A stretch of 61,303 nt of DNA, taken from NCBI GenBank assembly GCA_002269645.1, contig NIVC01003538.1, forward strand, positions 1 to 61,303, given 5' to 3'. This DNA is from Macrostomum lignano. Its lineage: Eukaryota. The notes under the pieces are model-generated. The model ran no database searches. It had not been told where the DNA came from and saw only the letters and a program-made list of their open reading frames with translations. Position 1 is the stretch's first letter; each line of letters starts with the position of its first letter. The position numbers and the translations under genes are program-made. Positions 48,577 to 61,035 of the stretch are shown in pieces.

Positions 48577-49423
48577 CATTCAGCGGCACAGTGGACTCTC
48601 TGAGCAAGCAGAAGATCAGCAACTTCGTGTCTGCAAATCTTGGCACTCTGCCAAAAGCTTGGTCAATCTTTGACGAGACCTGGGACCTGCTGGCTGTGGC
48701 TTGATCCTAGTCTTGGCCCTGCTGCTCATCGGCGGAGCAAAGTTCTCAATGTCGGTTAACGCTGGACTGAGCACTGCTCAGCTGCTGTGCCTGATCACCG
48801 CCACAGTTGCCTGCTTCATCTACGGCTCCCTTGACAACTGGACTGCCGGCAGCGGCTTCTTCCCCTTCGGCGGCGTCGGCGTGGTGGAAGGCGCCAGCAT
48901 CGCCATGTTCGCTTTCTCGGGCTTCGAGAGCGTCGGCTCGGCAGCGGAGGAGTGTAGCAACCCGAAGCGGGACCTGCCCAGGGCTCTGCTAGCGAGCCTG
49001 TCGGCTGTCAGTGTGGTGTACGTCGTGGCCTGCTTGGGCCTGTCATTCGTTCAGCCCTACTGGAAGCTCAACGTTGCTGCACCATTTGTGGTGGCTTTCT
49101 CCGGACATCCGTGGTCAAATGGTGGAGTCATCCGCCAGCCCTGCTGGCCACGCGTTTCGCTGCACGGGCTGGTGGCTTTGCCGCGGCTCGTATCGTGGCA
49201 TCACCGCCGCGGTTGGCACTTGCTGGCACGTTGCCTGCGAGGAAAGGTTAGATCGGAGAGGAGTGTTGGAGTGAGTGTACGGTATAGACTGGAAGGTTGC
49301 TTCTTTCTCCGGACATCCGGGAGCCAAATGGGCGGAGGTCACCGACAACCAAAGTTAATGTACGCCCTGGCATCTGACGGGGTCATCTTTGGTGCCTTTG
49401 CTAACGTTAATGAGAGAGTGCAG
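48577..49423 (+). CDS. Cationic amino acid transporter, exon 3 (1-bp frameshift at ~48700; garbled segment ~49110-49350)
   Basis: AFSG.VDSL, GFFPFGG.GVVEGA...MFAFSGFE....AEEC.NPKRDLP, LMYALASDG; acceptor at 48575-48576, donor at 49424. Confidence 0.7.
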
Positions 49424-49479
49424 GTGCGCGAGATGGAGAGGCTGGAGTGACGGGCAGATAGTGGTTGAAGTCTGAAGCT

Positions 49480-49930
49480 ATAAGGTAGAGATTCGGTGGA
49501 CAAACAGCCTAATAAGGTAGAGATTTGGTGGACAAACAGCCTAATAAGGTAGAGATTCGGTGGACAAACAGCCTAATAAGGTAGAGATTTGGTGGACAAA
49601 CAGCCTAATAAGGAAGAGATTCGGTGGACAAACAGCCTAATAAGGTAGAGATTTGGTGGACAAACAGCCTAATAAGGTAGAGATTTGGTGGACAAACAGC
49701 CTAATAAGGAAGAGATTCGGTGGACAAACAGACTGATAAGGTAGACATTCGGTGAACAAACAGACTGATAAAGTAGAGATTCGGTGGACAAACAGACTGA
49801 TAAGGAAGAGATTCGGTGGACAAACAGACTGATAAGGTAGAGATTCGGTGGACAAAACAGACTAATAAGGTAGAGATTCGGTGGACAAACAGACTGATAA
49901 GGTAGAAATTCGGTGGACAAACAGACTGCC
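49480..49930. repeat. 32-bp minisatellite in transporter intron 3, ~14 copies
   Basis: TAAGGTAGAGATTCGGTGGACAAACAGCCTAA units. Confidence 0.9.
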
Positions 49931-49999
49931 AGGCAGAGGTCAGTGGAATGACTCAAAGAAGCCAGCAGTGCAGTGAATTGCCAACTCTCCCTCACGCAG

Positions 50000-50543
50000 G
50001 TGCCTCTGCTCGGCTTAGCCTTTGGCGCAGTCGTATCGAGTGTACTGGCCCTGCTGTTCAGACTCAACTTCCTAGCCGAGATGGTCAGCATGGGCACCCT
50101 GGTGTCGTACTGCTTCATCGGGGTCGACCTATTCGTGCTGCGCTACTTGCACTTTGCAGAGCTGCCTGGCGACTCGCCGGTTCAACTGAGAGCCTGGGCT
50201 GCCAACGGATTTCTGGCTCGATGCGTTCCAGGACTCGCCAGGGTTCGGTGGCTTCGCAGACTGTTTTTAGCGTTCCTGCTGGGTTGCGTCTGGCTGGCCA
50301 CCACCCTGTCAGTCATTATCAAAGGCACTCAGCTCTGGCGCTGGGCCTTTCTTGCACCGCCAGGACTCGCCCTGATCTTCTCTGGAGCCCTGCTGACTGC
50401 CTTCAAGCCGTACGACGTGCCTGGAATGTACATGTCGCCTGGCCTGCCGCTGGCGCCTCTGTTGGCAGTTCTGATCAATGTCCTGCTGCTGTCCAGGCTG
50501 TCAATCAGATCCTGGATTCGATTCTTCTGCTGGCTTTTCCTTG
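50000..50543 (+). CDS. Cationic amino acid transporter, exon 4
   Basis: L.EM.SMGTL.SY......VLRY and YMSPGLPLAPLL.VLINV.LL..L....WIRF; acceptor at 49998-49999, donor at 50544. Confidence 0.82.
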
Positions 50544-50587
50544 GTTTGCGACTGGTTTTGCTTCTAGGGGCATTTGAAATTTTGCTC

Positions 50588-51390
50588 TACTGTGTCTGGT
50601 CTCATCCTTACTGTGTCTGGTCTCATCCTTACTGTGTCTGGTCTCGTCCTTACTGTGTCTGGTCTCGTCCTTACTGTGTCTGGTTCCATCCTTACTGTGT
50701 CTGGTTCTATCCTTACTGTGTCTGGTTCCATCCTTACTGTGTCTGGTTCTATCCTTACTGTGTCTAGTCTCATCCTTACTGTGTCTGGTTCCATCCTTAC
50801 TGTGTCTGGTCTGATCCCACTGCCCCACTTGTCTCTCCCACTGCCCCAATTGTCACTCCCACTGCCCCAATTGTCACTCCCTCAACCCCAATTGTCACTC
50901 CCTCAGCCCCAATTGTCACTCCCACTGCCCCACTTGTCACTCCCACTGCCCCAATTGTCACTCCCTCAGCCCCAATTGTCACTCCCTCAACCCCAATTGT
51001 CACTCCCACTGCCCCAATTGTCACTCCCTCAGCCCCAATTGTCACTCCCTTAACCCCAATTGTCACTCCCACTGCCCCACTTGTCACTCCCACTGCCCCA
51101 CTTGTCACTGCCACTGCCCCACTTGTCACTCCCTCAGCCCCAATTGTCACTCCCACTGCCCCAATTGTCACTCCCACTGCCCCACTTTTCACTCCCACTG
51201 CCCTAATTGTCACTCCCACTGCCCCAATTGTCACTCCCACTGCCCCAATTGTCACTCCCACTGCCCGAATTGTCACTCCCACTGCCCCACTTGTCACTCC
51301 CACTGCCCCAATTGTCACTCCCACTGCCCCACTTGTCACTCCCACTGCCCCAATTGTCACTCCCACTGCCCCAATTGTCACTCCCACTGC
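50588..51390. repeat. Two adjacent 21-bp minisatellites in transporter intron 4 (50588-50810 and ~50815-51390)
   Basis: TACTGTGTCTGGTCTCATCCT about 10 times, then CCCCAATTGTCACTCCCACTG about 27 times. Confidence 0.9.
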
Positions 51391-51438
51391 AGTCCTAAGT
51401 CACTCTCTTGTGCAATTCGCTCCTCACCATCGCCACAG

Positions 51439-51641
51439 GCCTGCTGATGTACATTCTCTACGGCGTGAAGCACAGCAAGGCCAAGTCAGTGGACGACTAT
51501 CCGGACAGCAACCAGGATAAAGCAGTCAAAGACTCAAGGCCTGACGTCATTGGTGACCAACTGGCTGACACACCTGCCGCTGACAAGGACAAAACTACTT
51601 CTGAACCAGAGAATGAAGAGAAAAAGCAATCTGAAACTTGA
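51439..51641 (+). CDS. Cationic amino acid transporter, last exon
   Basis: G|GC LLMYILYGVKHS (CAT C-terminal motif); phase 1 matches the donor at 50544; TGA at 51639-51641. Confidence 0.82.
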
Positions 51642-52102
51642 AAAATAGTTGTATATTGTCAGTCAAAATTAGTTAATCTCGCCAGAACCAGAAACATATA
51701 AGGAGCATGTAAATTATCAAGACTGTGCTTACGTACTCTACGAGCTACAGGGTGTGCTTTCGATGACAGATGTCACAGATCGTTTAATAAAATAAACCAG
51801 CAGATATGCTTTTCAGTAGTGAAGCACGACAGTGCCAATTATTTTAGAGTGAAATTATTAATATTCAACAGTATAGTTACAGGGCTGTGTTGAGGTCAAG
51901 GATGTGGGCAAAAACAATCGGATAGGGTACCATGAACATCTGCAGTAGAAGGCACAGAATATGGTAGAAGGGCAGGAAAATTCGGAGTTTTCTAGCCCAA
52001 TTCGTATATGGAAAAACTCTATTTAGCGCTGTGCATGCGTACATAAGAGCATACATAAGAAAATCCAGGGGAGTCTTCTACGGCAGCTGTCCATGACAGA
52101 TG

Positions 52103-52212
<110 letters not shown>

Positions 52213-52324
52213 TGTTGTTTATAGTATATAGCTCGTACTTTTGTACTTTTAGTACTTTATATAGTAATTGTCAGATACATAATATTGATTAATATTGTTA
52301 ATGCAAATAGCTGTGCGTATCCCT

Positions 52325-52337
52325 TTCTAGAAAGTTC
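52325..52337. promoter_or_regulatory. Heat-shock element (3 perfect units) in the Copia 5' LTR; also at 56816-56828 in the 3' LTR
   Basis: TTC-ta-GAA-ag-TTC followed by AATAAATA. Confidence 0.5.
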
Positions 52338-52624
52338 AATAAATATCCAATACAGTATCGTACCGATATATCTATGGTTGTTAGTTCATATCGCAAATAC
52401 GCTTATACTTTAAGTGCCCCCCCCCAAACTGCTCAATTTTTCATCTTGTGTATTTCTTTTTGTTCAAACTGATAAAATACACTTAATTAAAAGAAGCAAG
52501 TTTCAACAGGTTATGGGCCCAGCACGCTTCCACTGCGAGTACTTCGATGTACTAGATCATTCTGGTAATCTGGTTCTTCGTGCCATTTGGAAACTTGATC
52601 GCTCGGTCGATCAGTTACGTTGCT

Positions 52625-55600
52625 ATGGCTGCAAGCGAAGAAAAATGGCACATAGAGAAGCTCACGAAGGACAATTGGATGACGTGGAAAATCCAAATGA
52701 AACATTGCTTAGTCGCAAGAAGACTCTGGGGCATAGCTACCGGAGAAGATGTTCTTCAGCAAGACGCAAATGAAGCACGACGCAATGAATTCAAGGAACA
52801 GCAACAGCGAGCAGCAGCAATGATAGTTCTGTCTCTCAGCAGTGAGTACATCTACCTTGTGACTACATGCGATGATGATCCGAGGCAGATGTGGCAAATT
52901 TTATGTGGTCATTTCGAACGTGACTCGACTGCCAACAAGTTGTTTTTGAAGAAAAAACTATTTAGACTGCAGATGACTGATGGGACTCCAGTTCAGGAGC
53001 ACATTCGCTGTCTGAAGGAGTTAACTGACAAGCTGGCGTCCATTAATGCTGCTGTGTCTGACGAAGACCAGGTTGTGATTCTTCTTAGCAGTCTACCTGA
53101 CAGCTACAGTCATCTGGTTACGGCTCTGGAGACCCGAAAGGAAGAGGAGCTGACTTTGCTGACGGTTCAACAAGCACTGCTTAATGAAGAAATGAAACGA
53201 AGTGAAACTATGAAATACGAATCCCGTGACTCGTAATCTGCTCTTCGTGTTGACAAATTTAAGGGACGCAGACCAATTAAGTGCTACACATGTGGCAAGG
53301 AAGGACACTTCAGTAGAGAGTGCAGGTTCAACGTGAGCAACAGGCAGCAAAACTCAAAATCGACTCTGCATAAAGCAAAAACTGCAGAAAGTACGAGTCA
53401 TTCGAATCCGAACCTGGACAATGAGATAGCCGATAGTGCCGCTACATTTCTTACCTCTGAAGAAACTGGTCCTCAGGACACAACCGCACGGTGGATAATT
53501 GACTCTGGTGCGACAAGACATATGACCTGTCAAAGGAATGCTCTAAAAGACTACACTGAATTCGATGAACCGGAAAATGTAGGGCTCGGAGACGGGCGAA
53601 CAGTTCAAGCTTACGGAACTGGACGAGTGGACATCGTCACGAGACTCCCTGGTGGTGAGCGTTCTAACGCAGTACTTGGATCTGTACTTTTCGTACCTAG
53701 ACTAGCCTGCAATCTGTTCAGTGTACGTGCGGCTACACTTAAGAACAATGCCATTCAGTTTGGTCACACTAGGTGCTGGATTCGAAACCAAACAAGGAAG
53801 CTAGTAGGCTTTGGAACACTAGTTGATCGATTGTACCAACTTGAGTGATGTAGATTGCAACTTAGCTACAGCTGCAGTAACGACTACAAAGTCAGAGCTC
53901 GAAACTGCCAATTTGTGGCATCAACGTCTAGGACATCTCCACAGAAATCAACTCGAACAACTATTCAAGAAAAGGTACGTCGAGGGTACTGACACTTCCA
54001 TTGTGAGTGATACGAATTTTTGTGAAGCGTGCGTTGAAGGAAAGGCACATCGAAAGAATCACAAATCAGTGGGAGAAATTCGCTCATCAGAAGTACTGCA
54101 ACTTGTGCACAGTGACATTTGTGGACCAATGCAGACGCAGTCGTTTGGCGGGAATCGATTTTTTGCGACTTTCATCGATGACTTCTCTCGCATTGTGAAG
54201 GTCTATTTTCTGAAGACTAAGTCTGAAGTCTTCCAGAAGTTTAAGGAATTCGAAGCGCAGGTGACTAATGAGACTGAAAAAAACAATAAAAGTTCTCCGA
54301 ACTGATGGTGGAGGAGATTACATGTCCAAGGAATTTTCTGCGTTTTTACTTGCAAAAGGAATTCGACACGAAATTTCGGTTGCCCACACACCAGAACAGA
54401 ACGGTGTTGCTGAAAGAATGAACCGTACTCTCATCGAATCTGCTAGAACAATGATAACTCATGCTGGTCTTAGCAATGCTTATTGGGCAGAAGCCATCAA
54501 CACAGCCGCGTATATCCGCAACAGAGTCCCGACGAACTCGGTAGCGCCAATGATGACACCCTACGAAAGATGGTGTGGACGAAAGCCAAACATCTCACAC
54601 CTTCGAACGTTTGGCTGTGTAGCTTATGCTCACATTCCTACAGTAGAGAAACAAAAACTTGATAAGAAGACTACCAAGCTTAGGTTCGTTGGCTACAGTG
54701 ACAATCAAAAGGGCTACAGATTGTTTGACGAAAGAACTAGGAAAACAGTTGTTCGTTACGATGTCATCTTCAATGAGGGAGACTTCGGAAAGTTGAATGA
54801 TTTCCAGCAGAACAATGAAAAGATAAATTCACATATGGAAGTGAACCTCGACGAGCACAACAGCCGAACAACTCCGAATGAAGAAATTGAAACTGAAATC
54901 CAAAAAATTCTGCCAACGACCACGCGACAAAGGAAAACCCCAGAGCGTTTTCAATACAATGAGAACTTCGAAGTAGCTAGCCTAAGTACAACAGAGCCAC
55001 AACATCGTGCTTTTCGAGCCATGGAGATTTTGGAACCCAGATCGATTGACGAGGCTTGGAGTTGTGACAATGCGAAGGAATGGAAAGAAGCAACAGACTC
55101 GGAATACAACTCTCTGATAGAAAATGATACGTGGGAATTAGTTTCTCTTCCAGAAGGACGAAAGACTGTTGGCTGCAAGTGGGTATTCAAAGTGAAGCAT
55201 GACAGCTGCGGAAACATTGAACGATTCAAAGGACGCCTGGTTGCCAAAGGGTATTCTCAACAACCTGGAGTGGATTATGACGAGACGTTTTCTCCTGTGG
55301 TAAGATTATCATCAATCCGTACTATACTGGCATTCGCAACTCAACGAGAAATGCACATTCATCAAATGGATGTGGTCACTGCATTTCTAAACGGACATTT
55401 AACAGAAGAAATCTTCATGGATCAACCACCCGGATACGTTAAATGCGACGAAGAGAATTTAGTCTGCAAGCTGAAAAGATCGCTATATGGTCTAAAGCAA
55501 TCACCCCGGTGTTGGAACAAGGCCCTCTGTGATTACCTAATCTCGATTGGATTCAAGGAAAGTGGAGCAGACCCATGTGTGTTCACTCGCAAACTTGGAA

Positions 55601-56586
55601 ACATGTCAATCATTGCGGTTTATGTTGACGACTTGGTGATGGCTACTGATACTATGGTTGAAATGCAGAGTATCAAGGAGGAATTCACTCGACGATTCAA
55701 GATAAAAGATATGGGAGAGCTTCATTACTGTTTAGGAGTGACAATAGTGATTGACTCAGAGAGACGATTTCTTCAACTTCATCAGAAGCAATACATTATG
55801 CAACTACTGAAGAATTTTAAAATGTTGGAAGCAAACCCAGCCACAACTCCAATGGATTCAAGCGTCAAGCTAGTTGAAAACGATGGCTACAGCAAATTCG
55901 TGGATCCAAAGGCCTATCAATCAATTGTAGGCAGCCTATTGTACGCAGCGATCGCTACACGGCCAGACATTGCTCAAGCAGTGGGAGCAGTATCGAAATT
56001 CAATTCCAAACCAACTGAGGCTCATCTCACCGCTGCCAAGAGAATTCTTCGATACCTGAAAGGCTCATCGGACGTCGTTCTGAAATATGAGAAGTCTGGA
56101 AGTAACGAGATCATTGGCTACTCAGACGCTGATTGGGCGTCGGACTTGGATAGCAGACGCTCAGTCACTGGAAGTGTCTTCATTATGGCCGGTGGAGCAG
56201 TAACATGGTTAAGTCAAAAGCAAACCACGGTGGCGTTGTCAACGACAGAAGCTGAGTACATGGCCCTTGCCTCTGCGACACAGGAGGCAATATGGCTTCG
56301 TCGACTTTTAAGCGATTTGGGTGCCAATGTCACTGGGTCAACTGTAATTAAGGAAGACAATCAAGGAGCCATTGCAATGTCAAAAAATCCGATTCGACAC
56401 AAGCGGACAAAGCATATTGACATCCGCTATCATTTTATTCGAGATGCTATTCAAGCTGGTACTGTGAAACTGGAATACTGTCCGACAAAGGAAATGCTGG
56501 CGGACATTCTAACAAAGCCAATTCCCAGGCATCAGTTTGAAAATCTGCGATCAATGCTTGGTATTAAGTGTATGGATATGAATTGA
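52625..56586 (+). CDS. Copia gag-pol polyprotein (Gag-PR-IN-RT-RH) with frameshifts at ~53235, ~53845 and ~54285
   Basis: CYTCGKEGHFSREC, IIDSGAT, LWHQRLGH, VHSDICGP, NGVAERMNRT, MDVVTAFLNG, YVDD, YSDADWA, ADILTK, in Copia order. Confidence 0.9.
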
Positions 56587-56997
56587 AGTAACTGGAGTAA
56601 CTGAAGTAACTAATGTCATTGTCATCCATTTTGAATATCAGAGACTACTGAGTAATCTACCGCGATTAACTTAAATCTTCCAATGATAAGTTTCTGACAA
56701 TTAAGTGGGAGTGTTGTTTATAGTATATAGCTCGTACTTTTAGTACTTTATATAGTAATTGTCAGATACATAATATTGATTAATATTGTTAATGCAAATA
56801 GCTGTGCGTATCCCTTTCTAGAAAGTTCAATAAATATCCAATACAGTATCGTACCGATATATCTATGGTTGTTAGTTCATATCGCAAATACGCTTATACT
56901 TTAAGTGCCCCCCCAAACTGCTCAATTTTTCATCTTGTGTATTTCTTTTTGTTCAAACTGATAAAATACACTTAATTAAAAGAATCAAATTTCAACA

Positions 56998-57463
<466 letters not shown>

Positions 57464-57577
57464 ACCAGAGCTCAGCAGCCAATGTGCTGCAGTCCAATGT
57501 CCCCAAGCGAAGCACGAGGTCGCAGCCCGCTCAGTCGCCAAGGACAACTTAAGTATATGTTACTTCAGTTGTCCTTG

Positions 57578-58594
57578 TCAGTCGCAAGCGGCCTCCAGCG
57601 TCTCAAACTCGGACAAGCTGAGCTGTCTGTTGGCCAAGCCGAAGCACAGAACCCGGCCGTCCAGGGTGGCCGTGGAGTCGCCGTACTTGCCGCCGATCCG
57701 AGTCTCCGTGGAGGCCGACACCGCCGGGAGGTTGCCATCGTTGCTAGTCGCGTACATCGTGGCGTTGTTGAAGACGCGGAAGGCGCTGCCGTCGTAGCTG
57801 AAACCGACAGACACCCAGCCGGCGGCTATCGGGGTCTTCAGCACCGCCTGCGTCGTGGTTTGGCTCCGCTGCGCGTAGAGCCTGCAGCCCACGGTGAACT
57901 TGCCGTCAGCTGCCTCAGACATGAAGGTCACAGCCTTGCCGCTGGACTCCGAGGTCTGCAGGTAGCTCACCTCCTGGCCTCTGGGCCTCCTGTCCACCTT
58001 TATGTAGACCGAAAATTTCCCGCTTGAGAACAGCGACTCAAGATTGCCGCCACCCGGGATGCTGACATTCGCGTGCGACTCGGTGCTGGGGTTCAGCACC
58101 AGGCCGGAGGCGTTCCTGACGGCGCCAAATCTCAGGCCTGCCACCGCCTGCTGGACGGTGCCATTGCCTGCCAGGTTGTCCAGCGAGTACCGGAAGCTGT
58201 ACCACAGCGTCAGGCTGGCCTGGAGGGTCGCAGGCAGCTGCTGGGCTGGACTGGGCCGTTTGGTGAATGTCAGACAGTCAGCGGACGGCGTCGCCGACCG
58301 GCCCCAGCGGTCCTGCCACTGCCAGCCGGAGGCTGTCCAGCAGGACGCGGCGGTTTTGTTGTAGTGAACAGCTGAGCAGTTGGGCCTGACTGCGCACTCC
58401 ACTATGCAGGAGTTCGGCCGAGTCACTCCGGACACTGGCACGTCCAGGACTGACCAGTCGGACAGAGCGCTCGGACAGATTGGCTGTGAATCGAATCTGC
58501 TGCTGCTGCTGCTGCTGCTATTCTGAGCGCAGACTGCGGAGCTGGCGAGGATCAGAATGACAAGCCGGTCAGCATTGCTTGATGACGGCATCAT
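57578..58594 (-). CDS. Secreted protein: signal peptide, PAN/apple-like Cys domain, concanavalin A/LamG-like domain (338 aa, single exon)
   Basis: Hydrophobic LVILILASSAVCA; C...C....C.AV.Y......C; WVSVGFSYDG...RVF.N, RIGG, LDG.......NR.LS..E; TATATAAA ~65 nt upstream on the minus strand. Confidence 0.65.
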   Translation of the reverse strand: MMPSSSNADRLVILILASSAVCAQNSSSSSSSRFDSQPICPSALSDWSVLDVPVSGVTRPNSCIVECAVRPNCSAVHYNKTAASCWTASGWQWQDRWGRSATPSADCLTFTKRPSPAQQLPATLQASLTLWYSFRYSLDNLAGNGTVQQAVAGLRFGAVRNASGLVLNPSTESHANVSIPGGGNLESLFSSGKFSVYIKVDRRPRGQEVSYLQTSESSGKAVTFMSEAADGKFTVGCRLYAQRSQTTTQAVLKTPIAAGWVSVGFSYDGSAFRVFNNATMYATSNDGNLPAVSASTETRIGGKYGDSTATLDGRVLCFGLANRQLSLSEFETLEAACD

Positions 58595-59691
58595 TGTGCT
58601 GGATGCTGGAAACTGATGCCGAAATTCTTGAGAGGAAAGTTTCTGACTTTTTCCATTTTATATAACAGCCCTGCATTGCGTGTACGGTGGATTGTTTAAC
58701 CAGGTAAACACCGAAACTCCGCTACTATAAACTCTGCGCATTGGCTGTTTCCGTTTACCTGGTGGCCACTCTCTCCCGTCAGGGGCCACTCAGCAACCGG
58801 AGCGGGACAATGGCCCAATTCTGAGGCCATCACAACGCTCTCAATGCGAATTAGCTAATTAGATTGTACCGTGTGGCCCTCTCTTCCTTTCTCCCTGTCT
58901 CTATTCAGATTGTGGATTACCTTTGTGGAACAAATTAGTTGTCATGGTAACATTGATTGTGATGTCAATTATTTTCGCATCTGTATGTAGTTATAGTCTC
59001 TAAAGGCCATATACATGTACACACGAGCCGGGCGAAATTTTAAGGGCCAATTCATCTCAAATTCTAAAGCTAGATTGAGCCTGTGAAAGAAAGGCACTAA
59101 TTTAAGCATAAACGTAAGATTTTTATTGATATTTTACCATATAATTTTACCATAGAAGTCACACAGTCAGTGCCACGTTCTGTGTTGGGGGGGGGTGGGG
59201 CGGAATACACTCGTGGGGGTTGCGACCATAGACTATTAAAAAACCACGCTAGACAAATAAGTCTTCTGTGCACCCTGTGTGAGAGTGTGTATGAGTGCGC
59301 TCCGGAGTTCGGCGGAACGGGCAGGACTGCCGTCAGCGCTGGGTGTGGGAGACGATTTCGCTGAAGGCGCGGCGCGTACGTTGCGTCAAGGTGCCCCGCA
59401 ACCCTTCTCCGAATATAATTTTTATATTATTACGTCTATAGTTTTGTTTTTCTTTCACTAAAAACTGACAACGAATCTTACAGAGAAGAGAACAGAAAAT
59501 TGCAACAAAATCTTCTTCAAAGTGAAGGGTAAGCGGCAGCTACTTGTCTATGGCATATCCTGAACCAGTGGATAAGCGACAATCTTGCATGTATTGGGTA
59601 CCTGTAAGCGGGTTAATAACAGTTGATGCGGGTGTGGGGGGTATTATTGTCACATAAAAATGAGTTTATATTTGGTCTTAAGAGTGCATGG

Positions 59692-60312
59692 CTACACGGG
59701 AGTGACAGTGGTGTAAGTCTCCTGTCCGGCCAGCTGCCAGCCTGTGATGTCGGACAGCCTGGCCAGTACCGGATACCAGACGGCGTCAATCTGCAGAAAC
59801 ATCCTGGTGGTCCTGATGCGATAGAAAATGTCCCGGTATTCGTTCACTTCGTTCATTGCGCTGACTAGCAGGGCTATGATGAAGTTGAGCACGAGAACGG
59901 CGAACACCAGCACGAAGATCAGATGCACAACGCTGGCCTCCGAGTTGCCAATCTGGTCGCGCTTGGCAACCAGTTCCGACGGCTTCTCCATGTTCAGGCT
60001 GACAGTGAAAGCGTAGTACACTTGCCGGAGATGGTGAGAATAGTAATGCGTGAGGTTCTCGAGTTTCTCCCGGTCCTGGTGCGTGTGCACCGAAGCGAAG
60101 CTGACCGAATAGAAGATGCTGGAGAAAACCCACAGCACTACCAGGTAGATGGCTGCAAACGATAGAAATCTTGAGAACATGCAGCGGAAAGCGTGCACAA
60201 CCGGACCGAGGTGCGGTATCATCTCCAGGTAGTACACCAGCAGGATGTGCAGGAACAGGTAGCACAGGTGGAATATCACTCTCAGAATTAGAAATATATC
60301 CGTGATGTGATC
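59692..60312 (-). CDS. TRP-like cation channel, last exon (S4-S5, pore, S6 and TRP-helix-like segment)
   Basis: HLGPVVHAFRCMFSRFLSFAAIYLVV..FS.IFY, VLNFIIALLVSAMNEV...DIFYRIR; acceptor CAG|GAT. Confidence 0.65.
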   Translation of the reverse strand, partial: DHITDIFLILRVIFHLCYLFLHILLVYYLEMIPHLGPVVHAFRCMFSRFLSFAAIYLVVLWVFSSIFYSVSFASVHTHQDREKLENLTHYYSHHLRQVYYAFTVSLNMEKPSELVAKRDQIGNSEASVVHLIFVLVFAVLVLNFIIALLVSAMNEVNEYRDIFYRIRTTRMFLQIDAVWYPVLARLSDITGWQLAGQETYTTVTPV

Positions 60313-60526
60313 CTGCAAATGGTGACAGGGGAGGCAAGTGATACTGTAGAAATGCGTTCGAGCTGCTGAGAATTCCATAGAATGAAGTATAGGGGGTTGT
60401 GAAGTCTCCGGGGGGTTGTGAAGTCTCGGGGGTTGTGAAGTCTCGGGGGTTGTGAAGTCTTGGGGTTGTGAAGTCTCCGGGGGGTTGTGAATGTGAAGCG
60501 CTCCCAATGTTATGGTCGCGAACTCA

Positions 60527-60958
60527 CCCTGCTCAAAATACTCCTGTAGTGGATCAGATAGTCGTACAGAGGACTCTGAGGGCACGGCAGGGTGCTTATG
60601 CGCACCGAGCACAGAATCACGGAGAACAGGATGAGGCAGAACCGGCACAGATAGGACAGCCAGTCCTGGTCCATCCAGCCAGTCTCCACCGAGTTCAGGA
60701 ACCGTTTGTACACCAGCTGACCCTGCCGACGCATCCGTAGCTTGATCCAGACTCTCTGGCAGATGGTCAGGGCGTGCCACAGCACCAGGAACACGCTCAC
60801 AGCCACGTAGGTGTAGCGGATAGTCGAAAACAGGCTGCACACATCTTGGCTGGCGTGGGTACCACTGGTTGCCAGGGCTAGGTGCTCGGTTGTCGATTCG
60901 TTTGTACTCGACGCATTTTTGCTGTAAAGATTTGTGAAACTGGTGAAGGTTTTTCTGT
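60527..60958 (-). CDS. TRP-like cation channel, penultimate exon (extracellular loop and TM segments); upstream exons lie outside the window
   Basis: Open frame RKTFTSF...NAS..NES...YVAVSVFLVLWHAL...LILFSVILC; donor AGG|GTGAGT, phase 0, matches the next exon; the 214-bp intron holds ~18-bp repeats. Confidence 0.6.
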
Positions 60959-61035
60959 CTGTAGTTATTAATGGAATATCATCATTTGTCTGTCACAAAG
61001 TTGGTTATTCGGTACGCCTTACGAGTACAGTAAAA

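Larger units (their letters stand above)
52213..56997 (+). mobile_element. Ty1/Copia LTR retrotransposon, full length
   Basis: LTRs at 52213-52508 and 56712-56997 (TGTTG..CAACA); PBS GGTTATGGGCCCAGC at 52509-52523; PPT AAGTGGGAG at 56703-56711; 5-bp TSD AGACA. Confidence 0.96.

Noticed and set aside
49110-49350. Apparent duplicated segment or alternative exon in the transporter (SGHP.xKW.EV occurs twice)
   Set aside because: Many small indels and no clean splice sites; most likely a low-quality consensus rather than real biology. Needs reads to decide.
50505-51398. Repetitive ORFs (LTVSG, PQLSLP, GVTIGAV) and SVCL ORFs at 52019-52213 and 56985-57547
   Set aside because: Translations of 21-bp minisatellites and (CTGT)n microsatellites in introns or intergenic DNA.
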